From the NCBI GenBank assembly GCA_950097015.1, contig CATNEN010000009.1, forward strand, positions 186,001 to 250,000: a stretch of DNA of 64,000 bases, given 5' to 3'. Under the pieces are notes generated by a model. The model was not told the origin of the DNA and did no database searches. It worked only from the letters and a program-made list of their open reading frames with translations. Within the stretch, counting starts at the first letter, position 1. Each line of letters opens with the position of its first letter. The position numbers and the translations under genes were made by a program. Positions 12,164-24,926 of the stretch are shown in pieces. Source of the stretch: Macrostomum hystrix (Eukaryota; Animalia; Platyhelminthes).

Positions 12164-15100
12164 ATGGCTGTACCGAGGATCACCTTTCACCAAATTACGA
12201 TCATCACCCTATGCTTCGGCCTCTCCTGCTCCATCGCCTCCTGTGCCACTCGGGCCTGGCAACATGGTGGTCTCTTTGATCTGCCCAGCGAAGGTGAGAT
12301 TGTCATTTGGCGAGTCTCGAGCTTACGTGCTGGAACAAATGAGTTTTGGGGATCGAGTGATTGATTTGTGTTGATTCGATTTGGCCAGAGCACATACTGA
12401 ACAGTTTAACTGTAGCCAGTTCCTTTGATTTGTCAGTTAAGTACGGGTTCCGAATGTCTTGATAAATGTGGGAAGATTTCTTAAACAGTGTGTCAGGAAT
12501 GCTTGAGAAGTGTGGAAAAGTGCTTGATCAGTTTGGGAAGTGTAGGAACTGCTTTTCCTTTTGAATTTGCGTTATGTTCTTTTCCTTTATTTTCAACTGC
12601 CCGTCGGATTTATCATAGTTTATAATTTCTCCAATCAACTAATAATTGCGCCGCCCTGCACTTTTATTAATTTTGGCTTATATCTTCATTTAGTTCATAG
12701 AATCCTTTCTTCTGGCTAGCCCCTTGGTTATTCATAAATTGTTGTCAACATTTTATTTCCTCGCCCGATACAGATCCCAATTTCGTTCTTCCAAAGTTTG
12801 CCAACTTATATGTTTAATAAAAGCTTCACCAAATGTTCTCGTTCTCTAATTTATATCAGAACTGTGTCCAAAGACTACTTAAACACTCAAGGCGTGAAAC
12901 TCGCAAATCATGGCGAAAAGAGTACTTCATGAGGCTCGTTGAAAAGCATTGTTCTATGACCAAGCCGCATGCCAATATCAGGCATTTAGGCTTCGATGTT
13001 TATAGGAGATTTAGCTAACTAGAAAAACAAAGGAAAAGAGATACCGTTTCTTGTTTGCAAATCGTTCCAATGCTAAGAAACTGTATAAAAAGCAAACATG
13101 GGAAGAGAAAAAAATATAAAAGTTCTGAAGCCTTGCCTCGTTCAGGCGCATTTACCAGGCACTTAACATCACGTTTGCCTAGTTACTGGGACACGTCGGT
13201 GACTAAGAATGTGTCTTAAATATTTGTTTGATCAAACATGACTCTTTTCACACCCATTTTGCAGCTCGTGGTAATTGTAGCTCTAAGCACAGAGGGAATT
13301 TATTTGGAGATTTAAATTATTTTTTATGTGACTCATAACAAATTATAGTAACAATTTAGGCAAACGTAGCAAATATATGTTTATTGTTGCGTTTGTATAA
13401 TGCGGCTTGGCCAGAGAACAATGCTTTTCAAGGAGCCTCATAATTTTCCCTATGATTTGCGAGTTTCCCGTCCTGAGTGATTAATTAGTCCTTGGTTGGA
13501 CCTATCGTAATTTAAATTGACTTTTGTCCAAGCGACAGGAAGAGTGCTTTCAAGCATTACAGGAGACTTCTTGTGCAGTGCGGGGGGAGTCTGGGTTTTT
13601 CGGGAACTGTACTTTAGGAGTATAGGAAGAGTACATTAGCAGTGCAAGAAGAGATATTGGGCAATCGTTGGGGAAGTCTGCGGGTTTTTCGGGAACTGTA
13701 CTTTAGGAGTATAGGAAGAGTACATTAGCAGTGCAAGAAGAGATATTGGGCAATCGTTGGGGAAGTCTGCGGGTTTTTCGGGAACTGTACTTTAGGAGTA
13801 TAGGAAGAGTACATTAGCAGTGCAAGACGAGATATTGGGCAATCGTTGGGGGAGTCTGCGGGTTGTGCGGGAATAGTGCTTGAGCAGTGCGGGTCTGTGG
13901 GTCCCTCACGAATAGTAAAGTCAGAAGGTAGGGGTTTATCCAGGTACGAGTAGCTAGTGGCTTGATTGCTGGGTCTGGAATTTTCGAAGAGGCATCTTTT
14001 GTACGGATCATGTGAGCAATTCGGAAGCCAGTTTTTATATTGCTGTTTCAGCTTCATCATCATCAACATCACAATTGCCCACTTATCTCTACTATTCTAG
14101 CCTGGGCCAACACGATCAAGGCCTTCGCCATAATAGGCGTGGCTATGCTTGGTTTCAGCCTGTTTATGGAGATCCTCATGGTGGCATCCAACACCTTCAA
14201 GCTGAGCCGCGCTATGCACCTGCTCTGCTTCATCTGCTGCTTGCTGTCAGGTGCGTATCTTGTAAAACAACTGAGAAGTACTTTGCTCTCGAAGTAAAAT
14301 TGTATACACCTGCTCTGCTTCATCTGCTGCTTGCTGTCAGGTGCGTATCTTGTAAAACAACTGAGAAGTACTTTGCTCTCGAAGTAAAATTGTATACACC
14401 TGCTCTGCTTCATCTGCTGCTTGCTGTCAGGTGCGTATCTTGTAAAACAACTGAGAAGTACTTTGCTCTCGAAGTAAAATTGTATACACCTGCTCTGCTT
14501 CATCTGCTGCTTGCTGTCAGGTGCGTATCTTGTAAAACAACTGAGAAGTACTTTGCTCTCGAAGTAAAATTGTATACACCTGCTCTGCTTCATCTGCTGC
14601 TTGCTGTCAGGTGCGTATCTTGTAAAACAACTGAGAAGTACTTTGCTCTCGAAGTAAAATTGTATACATCACCATTTGCTCACCTCGTTCAATCCCACCA
14701 AGTTCAAATATCGGTCTAAAAATGGGTGCAACGCTTGTAGGAAGAACATATGAGATTCCGATTCTCATCATCATTCATTTCACTATCTTCTCTTCCCTCT
14801 CTTCCCATGCATCAGCCCGTGTCGTAACAGCTTCGCGTCACTTTCTTTCATCTGTAATCGTCTTCATCAGCTGGGAATACCCAGCTTCTATCATTGACTC
14901 ACCTACCTTTCCTTTTCACCACCATCGTCTTCCATCGACGCCTCCCTTTGCATCATTATTTACTTTTATCATGTACCTGCTTCATCAGCTGGGACTATCC
15001 AGCTTCTATCATACACTCACCTACCTTTCCCTTTCACCATTATCGTCTTTTGTTTCATTTCAATCACCTTTCTTTCTGTCATCCTCTGACATCAGCTGAG

Positions 15101-15443
15101 TGGAACCGCTCCATTAGCCCTTTCCTTCCATCATCCAAGTCTTCCATAAACTCTTCCATCATTCCATTCAATTATCCCATTTAATTAGGAAAGGTATTTT
15201 GCGTCATCCTCTCCATTACCTTTTATTCAATCATTATTGCGAACTTCGACCCTCCCATGATTGTTCCCATTCATCAGCTCGAAATACCTCTTTGCCCCTG
15301 CAGCCGTATCGCTGCTGATCTCGTTGGGGCTATTCGCCCACCACTACAGCTACGGAGGTTACAGCGTTTGGCTATTGACTGCTGGCACGGTATTCGCTCT
15401 GGAGGCCTTGTTTTTCTACACCATCCAGTGGCGCTGCACTTAA
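12164..15443 (+). CDS. Small four-TM claudin/PMP22/EMP-like protein, 139 aa (exons 12164-12293, 14101-14250, 15304-15443)
   Basis: Four hydrophobic segments, W...GGLF after TM1 and GYSVWL before TM4. Three exons joined by phase-1 GT-AG introns with strong sites. Confidence 0.8.
13575..13855. repeat. 89-bp minisatellite, about 3 copies, in tetraspan intron 1
   Basis: ctgtactttaggag recurs at 13607, 13696 and 13785. Confidence 0.95.
14219..14668 (+). repeat. 90-bp minisatellite, 5 copies, overlapping the exon-2 donor of the tetraspan gene
   Basis: Identical units with period 90. Each carries the last 32 nt of the exon plus the gtgcgt donor. ORFs 14012-14719 and 14069-14593 are artefacts. Confidence 0.97.
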
Positions 15444-16399
15444 ATGTGAGCGGCAACACAGTTTACATTGAAACATCTTAATTAATCGCTTCGCTAAATT
15501 CGAATTTCTGCTATATGCAGGCTACTACTAGTAGAGCCATGTGTGTCGTTAAGTCCAGAATACTCGTACCTGTGCGTTCATGAGCATGAACTCCTTCTGG
15601 ACTAGGTAATATTGTTTTTTATGTTTTGTTATTTATAATAATAGTAGTGCTAAACAGCACTTGCTTATTGTTTGTTTCTCAAAGTAAATTTATCGTGAAA
15701 AGGCTGGTCTGATAAGTTCCAATTCTTTTTCATCCTACTACTAGATTGGAGACCCTCTGCTAGCTCGTATTTGTGATTGGAGTGCAGCTAACAGTTCGCA
15801 CGGAAAACTGTCTTGCTTCCATAACTGACTTGTTTGAAATTCGCATTAACATGCAAAAATTCACCTAATCTCGATAATTGCATCACAAAAGGCATGTTCT
15901 ATTTTTTTCCCGACAGAACCTACTTTCAGTCTTATCCTTCACTCGCATCAAACCGCATATTTTCTATATACGCTCCATACATATCCAAAGCGCATAGCAA
16001 CCCCTAAAATTTGAGCCTAAATTTAGTGAAATCATTGCACCTACCACACATTGTTGTTTCAAAACTTTACCCAGTTTATTAACGCAAGGAGGATCCCTTG
16101 TTGTTTCAACGTTTTACAGTTTAATTCTACAAGTTACAGTTCCTCCTTGAATAAATTCCCTATATGTACTCGTAAAAGCGATAAGAAGTTTTTCACTATC
16201 CCCAAGCTAACCAATCAGCAAAGAAATATATCCCTGTTCGTCTAATCGTCTCACAATAACCCTTTCAATGTACCTCTTTTGACAAATGTCTTCTCTTGGT
16301 TTGGAAAATAAACTCATAAATAGTTGAAAATGTACCAAATTAATCCCGACTCTGAAACTTCATTTCTTTTAACCACTTCGTCAAAACAAGTGGTTTTTT

Positions 16400-18720
16400 A
16401 TTTTCTGCAAAACGGAAGTAATTTGCGAAGCGGCATGCCTTTGCAACCGAAACTATCCTCATTAAGTTCAGGAATTGGAGAGTTAGACAGATCTGTGCTT
16501 GAACAGCTCTCTATAGCTAAACATATACGAGTAGCTCGCATATAGCGAGAGACACACGGTTCAAGAGAAGTCCGCGAGTAAAAATGGAAGATAATTGATA
16601 CTAAGAAAGGTTTGACTATACTGTGTAGAGTAAAGGCAGCTAATATAAGATCAGAACGCAGACAAGAGATTATAATAAGAGAAAGGAAAAAGAGAAAGCC
16701 GATTAGTGCAGATCGATGAGGGCGCTTCACGTGTACACAGCGGAGGCCTAGGCCCGGCCCGCTGCTGCACCCGTCAAGGCCCCAGCGAATTTGGCGCTGC
16801 AGTTGCTTGTTGGAGAAGGGCAAGATGGGCTGAGCGCAGCTTGACCTGACGACCTTCAGAGCTTCAACTGGCCACGTCTCGGCGAATGTAAAACCAGACG
16901 CGCTAATAGGACATGGACATTTGAAGCGCCTGGGTTCGAAAGGGCCTGTTAAGGATTGTGTACTCTCACTTACCGATGTTAGAAGTGACTGCGTACGAAC
17001 GAGGGCAGGTGGCTATTGAAGAGACCTCCGCTGTCCGTCGCTTCCTTTTACAGAGATCTGCAGACCCCCACCTACTCTGCTATTGGATGACTGCTTCGAA
17101 AATCGATCCTATACCGATCTGTTTAGTAAGGTGAGGTGATGTGAGGGAAGAGGGGTTGGGTCGGGGGGATAATGGAAGCCAGTGAGAATCGATTTTTTTG
17201 GTTGTGTAACATTTAGGTCCAAAGAAAGGGTGCTTGGGCCGAACCTCATGGGTATGCGGGGCCTGAGGGTTGCATAACACTTTCGTCCTTGCTGGCGGCT
17301 TGCTTTGCCTGTGTGCGCCATGTAATTCTTCTGTGGTGATACGCCTCAGAAGAATTGGGCAAAGGCGGTCGAGCCTATCGTGCCCTGCCTTCCTACGAGT
17401 ATTATAAACCATTGTCTCTGTCTCTGGCGTAACACTTGAACCCGCTGGGGCTTTGGATTTTAGATCCTTAATAGAAAGGGAGACAAACAGGAAAATTGAA
17501 CTGGATGATAGGGATGATGCAATGGTCCAAATTATTCGAAAGGAGGTTGTTCTGTTCAATTTGATCTAAAAGTGAACACGTACATCCGAATGGAACTTGC
17601 GAATTGCGCAATGACAGCTAGGGCGTCACATTGAATTAGCCGAAGGTTATAAGGTGATTGCAAGCTAGGAGATAAAAGTAAGAATGACTCAATAGCTGCC
17701 TCATGGGTGGCAAGGAATCAGAGAGCTATAGGCGATCCCTGGGTCCATTGTTACTCAGACAAAATTGCGATGGAGCCTCTTCAATTACTATAGCATGTGC
17801 GTATCGAGTTAGAGAACAGAATTATCTTACCGAGTCTTCCTGCTCCAAGTATTCGGGACTGAATGGGCCAGTTCTGTGTGGGTTGTGGCTGGGTGGGCTA
17901 TCCATGAACTTTCAACGATCTGAATTTTAAACAGCAGAGACCCCCACCAGTTCCAGCCATCGGATATCACTGGGTTGGGCCGCCCAGGTGATTCAGATTG
18001 CAGGCCTGGCAACAGTTGGCCTCCAAAAGAGCCAGAGCGGCTTGGCCCGGGTTCAGTAACGTGAGACTCGGCGCTCGTTTTTAATAGGCTCGCAAACTGA
18101 TAAAGAGACTCCCGGCCCTGAAATGTAGCAAAACACTCGCTGTTGAGGGCAGTGTGGAGTGGCGAGCGCTGAGTCACGGTGCCCTCTCTGATTGAATGGG
18201 CCCAGTGGGATGCAATGGAACTCGCGTCTCAGCCTCGAGTGAGTCAAAGGAGGGCAGGACTTGGACGAAATCCAGACCGAAGATTCGCTTTCTTTGTTGC
18301 GAGCGATTTTTCAGTCGAGCAGGACCTCGGCGCTGCCTGAATTGAAAATGGAATCCACAGGGAAACACATTTGATAGCATGCAATCGGCTCTTGCTTTAT
18401 CCTCGGCCAACAGTCTATTCTTACCTAATAAAGCATTCTATTCTACTTAAGGAACTAAGTGAAAGCTTCATACAGAAATATATCTGGAGAATGATGGAGG
18501 TGTAAAATTGCATGGCGTTATGGCGTGAAGCCATGCCATAATTATCATATCGGTGCGCAAACAACCCAGTGTGAGATGACTATCTGCGGCCCTTTCATTC
18601 GGCCAATTCCTAATGCTTATCTAGATTCTTAATTGTATACCGTGATAACGGAGAACAGAGTCTAAAAGACTCACCTTGTCGACTCACTTTCGTCACTTCA
18701 GAGCTTCGGAATTCTCCAGT
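16400..18720 (-). CDS. Possible uncharacterised multi-exon gene
   Basis: Several minus-strand donors (gtaag near 18425, 17829 and 16970; gtgagt near 18676) and acceptors flank GC-rich open segments such as RQRRGPARLKNRSQQRKRIFGLDFVQVLPSF and ECFATFQGRESLYQF...SRKTR. I could not close a complete stop-free model or recognise a family. Confidence 0.3.
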
Positions 18721-19267
18721 TTGTAATTTCCTAACTCATTTTGACAATTCATATGAATTGCAACATAAATGTCTTGGGAAACGGAAGGAGGCAAATCTGG
18801 GAATACGGATAATTTAAATGATGCTAGTGCATTGTTTTGCACAAATTAGTCTAGCACCACTTACGGTTATAGGGCGGGAAAATTACTTTTCTTTAAAAAA
18901 GTTTGAGGCTGGTCTTGCTTGAGAAATCTAATCGGAGATAGGATTTTTACGGCTCAAATATCGTGATAGCTTTTTGTTCGATGTAGATCTAAAGCTCTTT
19001 TATCACAACTCACAACTTATGTCTGATAATAGAAAGGGAAAACAAAAAGCTAGTTTCCGAGTGGTTTTCTTGTCACATGAGCTCAATTTTTAGGCCCGGC
19101 GGATCAGGGCATGTAGATAAAAGAAAAATGAAAATATGAAATAGATTCTTTCACAAATGAAGCTAGTTAAAAAGATTAAGTTAAATTAAAGATTAGTTAA
19201 AAGATTAAGCTATAAAAAAGAAACTAGTGAATCATTTTTAGCCCGTGACATGCCTTGAATCAAACAA

Positions 19268-22170
19268 TGCCGTCTGATCTGGTGTCACTTTCGTCTGTTG
19301 TATGCCACTGTCCTCTGATATATTCCCCTATCGTCTGGTGTATCCCACTGTCGTCTGACATATCCCCCTGTCCTCTGATATATTCCCCTATCGTCCGGTG
19401 TATCCCACTATCATCTGATATATTCCCCTATCGTCCGGTGTATCCCACAGTCCTCTGATATATTCCCCTATCGTCCGGTGTATCCCACTGTCGTCTGATA
19501 TATTCCCCTATCGTCCGGTGTATCCCCCTGTCCTCTGATATATTCCCCTATCGTCCGGTGTATCCCACTGTCGTCTGACATATCCCCCTGTCCTCAGATA
19601 TATTCCCCTATCGTCCGGTGTATCCCACTGTCGTCTGACATATCCCCCTGTCCTCAGATATATTCCCCTATCGTCCGGTGTATCCCACTGTCGTCTGACA
19701 TATCCCCCTGTCCTCAGATATATTCCCCTACTATCGTCCGGTGTATCCCACTATCATCTGATATATTCCCCTATCGTCCGGTGTATCCCACTATCATCTG
19801 ATATATTCCCCTATCGTCCGGTGTATCCCACTATCAACTGATATATTCCCCTATCGTCCGGTGTATCCCACTATCATCTGATATATTCCCCTATCGTCCG
19901 GTGTATCCCACTATCATCTGATATATTCCCCTATCGTCTGGTGTATCCCACTGTCCTCTGATATATTCCCCTAACGTCTGGTGTATCCCACTGTCGTCTG
20001 ACATATCCCCCTGTCCTCTGATATATCCCACTATCGTCTGGTGTATCCCACTGTCCTCTGATATATTCCCCTATCGTCCGGTGTATCCCACTGTCCTCTG
20101 ATATATTCCCCTATCGTCCGGTGTATCCCACTGTCGTCTGACATATCCCACTGTCGTCTGATATATTCCCCTGTCGTCTGGTATATCCCACTATCGTCTG
20201 ATATATCCCACTATCGTCAGTTTTATCCCACTATCGTCTGACATATCCCACATTTGTCTGATATCCCCCTGTCGTCTGACATATCCCACAGTCGTCTGAT
20301 ATATCCCACAGTCGTCTGGTATATCCCACAATCGTCTGACATACCCCCCTGTCGTCTGACATATCCCACAATCGTCTGATATATCCCACAGTCGTCTGAC
20401 ATATCCCCCTGTCGTCTGACATATCCCACAGTCGTCTGACATATCCCCCTGTCGTCTGACATATCCCAAAATCGTCTGATATATCCCACAGTTGTCTGAC
20501 ATATCCCCCTGTCGTCTGACATGTCCCACAGTCGTCTGACATATCCCACAGTCGTCTGATATATCCCACAATCGTCTGATATATCCCACTATCGTCTGAT
20601 TTATCCCACAATCGTCTGACATATCCCACAGTCGTCTGATACTCGTATATCCCACTATCGTCTGATATATCCCACTATCGTCTGATTTATCCCACAATCG
20701 TCTGACATATCCCACAGTCGTCTGATACTCGTATATCCCACTATCGTCTGATATATCCCACAATCGTCTGTTTTATCCCACTATCGTCTGACATATCCCC
20801 CTGTCGTCTGACATATCCCAAAATCGTCTGATATATCCCACAGTTGTCTGACATATCCCCCTGTCGTCTTACATGTCCCACAGTCGTCTGACATATCCCA
20901 CAGTCGTCTGATATATACCACAGCCGTCTGATATATCCCACAATCGTCTGATATATCCCACAGTTGTCTGACATATCCCCCTGTCGTCTTACATGTCCCA
21001 CAGTCGTCTGACATATCCCACAGTCGTCTGATATATACCACAGTCGTCTGATATATCCCACAATCGTCTGATATATCCCACTATCGTCTGATTTATCCCA
21101 CAGTCGTCTGACATATCCCACAGTCGTCTGGTATATACCACAGTCGTCTGATATATCCCACAGTTGTCTGACATATCCCCCTGTCGTCTTACATGTCCCA
21201 CAGTCGTCTGATATATCCCACTATCGTCTGATTTATCCCACAGTCGTCTGATATATCCCACAATCGTCTGATATATCCCACAGTCGTCTGATATATCACA
21301 CAGTTGTCTGACATATCCCCCTGTCGTCTTACATGTCCCACAGTCGTCTGACATATCCCAAAATCGTCTGATATATCCCACAATCGTCTGATATATCCCA
21401 CAGTCGTCTGATATATCCCACAATCGTCTGATATATCCCACTATCGTCTGATTTATCCCACAATCGTCTGACATATCCCACAGTCGTCTGATATATCCCA
21501 CTATTGTCTGATATATCCCACAATCGTCTGTTTTATCCCAATATCGTCTGACATATCCCACATTTGTCTGATATCCCCCTGTCGTCTGACATATCCCACA
21601 GTCGTCTGATATATCCCACAATCGTCTGATATATTCCACAGTCGTCTGACATATCCCACAATCGTCTGATATATCCCACAGTCATCTGACATATCCCACA
21701 GTCGTCTGATATATCCCACAGTCGTCTGATATATCCCACAGTCGTCTGACATATCCCACAGTCGTCTGACATATCCCAAAGTGGTCTGACATATCCCACA
21801 ATCGTCTGATATATCCCTCTATCGTCTGATTTATCCCACAATCGTCTCACATATCCCACAGTCGTCTGACATATCCCACAGTCGTCTGACATATCCCACT
21901 GTCGTCTGACATATCCCACAGTCGTCTGATATATCCCACAATCGTCTGATATATCCCACAATCGTCTGATATATCCCACAATCGTCTGATATATCCCACA
22001 ATTGTCTGATATATCCCACAGTCGTCTGACATACCCCCCTGTCGTCTGACATATCCCACAATCGTCTGATATATCGCACAGGCGTCTGACATATCCCCTG
22101 TCGTCTGACATATCTCACAGTCGTCTGACATATCCCACAATCGTCTGATATATCTCACTATCGTCTGATT
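19268..22170. repeat. 20-bp minisatellite, about 145 copies (consensus atatcccacagtcgtctgac)
   Basis: Continuous 2.9-kb array. The left part is a 40-bp dimer (tattcccctatcgtccggtgtatcccactgtcgtctgata). All ORFs from 20191 to 22197 are artefacts. Confidence 0.98.
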
Positions 22171-22832
22171 TATCCCACTCAAGTAGAAGTAGCTCATGTA
22201 GCCTAGGCTATAATAGTCCTTCTAGAGCTCTAATTCGTGAGTTCCTTGATAGTAGACATGTATACAAGCGTATGCTAATAAGTATTTGCTGCTTGCGGCG
22301 TCATGCAGTTTAAATACTCGGTAGCCTGAAAATAATCCTTCTAACAAGCTTTTTGAATCGTGCTCTAACTGACAGTTAGCTATATAAACTCAATTCATAT
22401 TCTTCTCACCAGCTTCCAGCCAGCTTCACACTCCGGTTCAGCCAAAACTAAGCTCGCTAATTTATGAAAAGTAATTAATAGCCGTACCGAGACAAAAAAC
22501 GCAAGCTATTCGCTTGCCAAATTCTCTAACACAAATAAGAGGTCGGTGTAAAATGTTAGGTTACGTACACAGTGACAAAATAATTGACGGTATTTTATCT
22601 GAAGTAAAAATTACGAGTATATTCAGATCTTTATGATGTAAAAGTGCGTGAAACTATGCATGCAGATTTATGCATGCAAAAATCTGAGATAATTTCACAG
22701 TTATGTGTATATGTATATACGTCCAGAAATATTCTCAACTCCCTACTATAAGTAGATATGGCTGACATTTTTGGTCAGAAGAGTTTGCTTTTTGTTAAAC
22801 AACATGGTAAGAACTCAATTAAACCGAGTTTC

Positions 22833-23978
22833 TTATTCGCTAGCGATTCTGGCGTCCCTACAGCTTTCTACAGCATTGGACCGGAAGCTTGTATCGTAGC
22901 GGAATGCCTTTGCATAGAGAGAAACAATACACAGGTTGAATACAAAGGCCACGGCCAAGCCCCAACAGGCTGTGTGCACAGAGACCCAATCGCCAGCACG
23001 CTTGCTGAACAGCAGGGGGCTGTCACTGGAGATCAAGTTGAACATGCTGATGAGCAACAGGCAGTGGGATGCCGTGGCCAGGCAGTGGAACAACTGGTGG
23101 CTGTGGAGCAACAAGTCAAAGCGACCAGGCCAGACACACTCGGGGAAGCAGGTGCCGTAGCACAGAATGGCCAGTGCGAATACGGTGTAGGGCGCCACGC
23201 CCAGCATGTCAGGCTCATCAGAGCTCAGTAGCTGTCGCTCAATGACGGGTGCCAGGCCAAAAAGCAAAAAGCAGCTGGATGGGCCGAACATTAGCAAGCT
23301 AGTTGACAGGTTGTAACGGCGCCTGTAGGCAGCCAGCGCCAGGCTGAAGCTGGCGGACATGCTGATGGCCCCGAACACAAGTGCTGGAATGGTGATTGGT
23401 CCGATGAGGCGGAAGTAGCGCTGTGAGCTGAAAAAGGCCACACTCAGGACGTTAATCGCATAGCCGGCGAGACCCACTGTGGCATTGTCGGCGAAGAAGA
23501 CTAGGCAGTGGCAGAGCTCCGAGTGGTTGTGCACAAGATGCGCCACGGCGGACGCGGCGTGCATCAGGGCCGAGGCGGCACAGAAGACCCAGGTCAGGTG
23601 CACGTCTCTGTCATCTGCCGTGGCCGGCAGTCGCAAAGTGAGGGCGATGCTGAGGCTCAGAACGATAAGGCTGCCCAGCGCGTGGCTCAGCCAGTTGAGC
23701 GTCTCATTATGAAGGTGGAATGCGCTGCGCAGGTAGTAGTAACCGCTACGGCCGGTGTGCCGATAGCCACTAAAGATGCCGAACTCGCGCATCACGGGAT
23801 GCACATCCATCCGCTCTGTTGTTTCTTGCCAGCAGATCCGCCGCTGTAGCTGGGAAAAACGCAACAAACTGGCGAACCACTGCTTCTGGCACTGTTGCAG
23901 CAGGTCCTGGCACCGCATTGTGCGTGCTGCCAGCAGACTCTCCGCCACACTTGTTAGCAACATCATGCTAGTCGCCAT
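22833..23978 (-). CDS. Progestin/adipoQ receptor (PAQR) family 7-TM protein, mPR (PAQR5-8)-like, intronless
   Basis: VHPVMREFGIFSGYR...HLHNETLNWLSH (ExxxNxxxH), SAVAH (SxxxH), FFAD, and FPECVWPGRFDLLLHSHQLFH (HxxxH). First ATG at 23978. Confidence 0.93.
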   Translation of the reverse strand: MATSMMLLTSVAESLLAARTMRCQDLLQQCQKQWFASLLRFSQLQRRICWQETTERMDVHPVMREFGIFSGYRHTGRSGYYYLRSAFHLHNETLNWLSHALGSLIVLSLSIALTLRLPATADDRDVHLTWVFCAASALMHAASAVAHLVHNHSELCHCLVFFADNATVGLAGYAINVLSVAFFSSQRYFRLIGPITIPALVFGAISMSASFSLALAAYRRRYNLSTSLLMFGPSSCFLLFGLAPVIERQLLSSDEPDMLGVAPYTVFALAILCYGTCFPECVWPGRFDLLLHSHQLFHCLATASHCLLLISMFNLISSDSPLLFSKRAGDWVSVHTACWGLAVAFVFNLCIVSLYAKAFRYDTSFRSNAVESCRDARIASE

Positions 23979-24926
23979 CGATGTTGTGGGGATTGTGCAC
24001 ACGTAGCTACTCGTAGTTATCCTAGGTTTAACTGGGTCTCACGTCTTGACGCTCTGGGTCTCGAAAATTCGCGACTTTTCAAGGCTTGAGACGAAAAGTA
24101 AGGGCAGAAGGGCGAGTGGGGTTGCAATCCGTGTGAAACCCAGGCAACGCAAAAGAGACCACAACGACAAACAATGGAGCGAGCGCAAATGATTGTACAC
24201 TACAATTGTCTCTCTCCTCTCTCTAGCTCTGCAGTCAGTTGGATGGTCGCACTATTCGAGTTCCATGGGGGTAGAGGGGGAGGGACCTACAGAAATATAT
24301 GGTGGGTGTGGCAAGGAATGTACCCGTGAAGACAGCTCAGCGTTCCTACAGCTGGCTAGGAAAAAGTAAAAAATACAACTTTTGATGCTCAAGTGGTCCG
24401 CTTTGTATTGCTTGGAGCAGCTGCTGTTGTAATTATCGGCAGGTGACGACCTAGATTATGGATCGCTTTCATAGAATGTATAGAAAGTAGATCTAACAGT
24501 TTTTTGCCACCGAATTTTTCAATACTGTTTCGCGTTTTTTAATTTTGCTTCAATCGTCAAGTTTAGTATTAAAACAACATGCAGTGAGCAGCTCTGTGGA
24601 TGAATCTACCTCTTATTTCTCTACACTTGAGAGCGAAATACTTCTGACTCTGAGGCAAAAAAACGCATCAAAATGCCTTTCTACCCAAGTACACTTAGAC
24701 TCACTAGTACATTATGCGAGTGTACAGCAGAATGCACGCCCACTTTCTTACCCCGACTCGCATACCCTACCATATAGAGCCGTTGCCCTTGACAACCCAG
24801 AGAGCAGAGCTCTCTTGGCGGAATTTTAAAATGGCTAAGCCAGGGAGGGTGCTTCTACGTGCTTCTCGTTATACAGAAATTCGCATCAAAACGATTCTCA
24901 GGAGTTACGAGATCCGTTAGGCCAGC

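Noticed and set aside
24831-24920. 29-codon ORF just upstream of HOATZ
   Set aside because: Its stop coincides with an acceptor-like ttag, so it is probably intron or outron sequence, with no homology.
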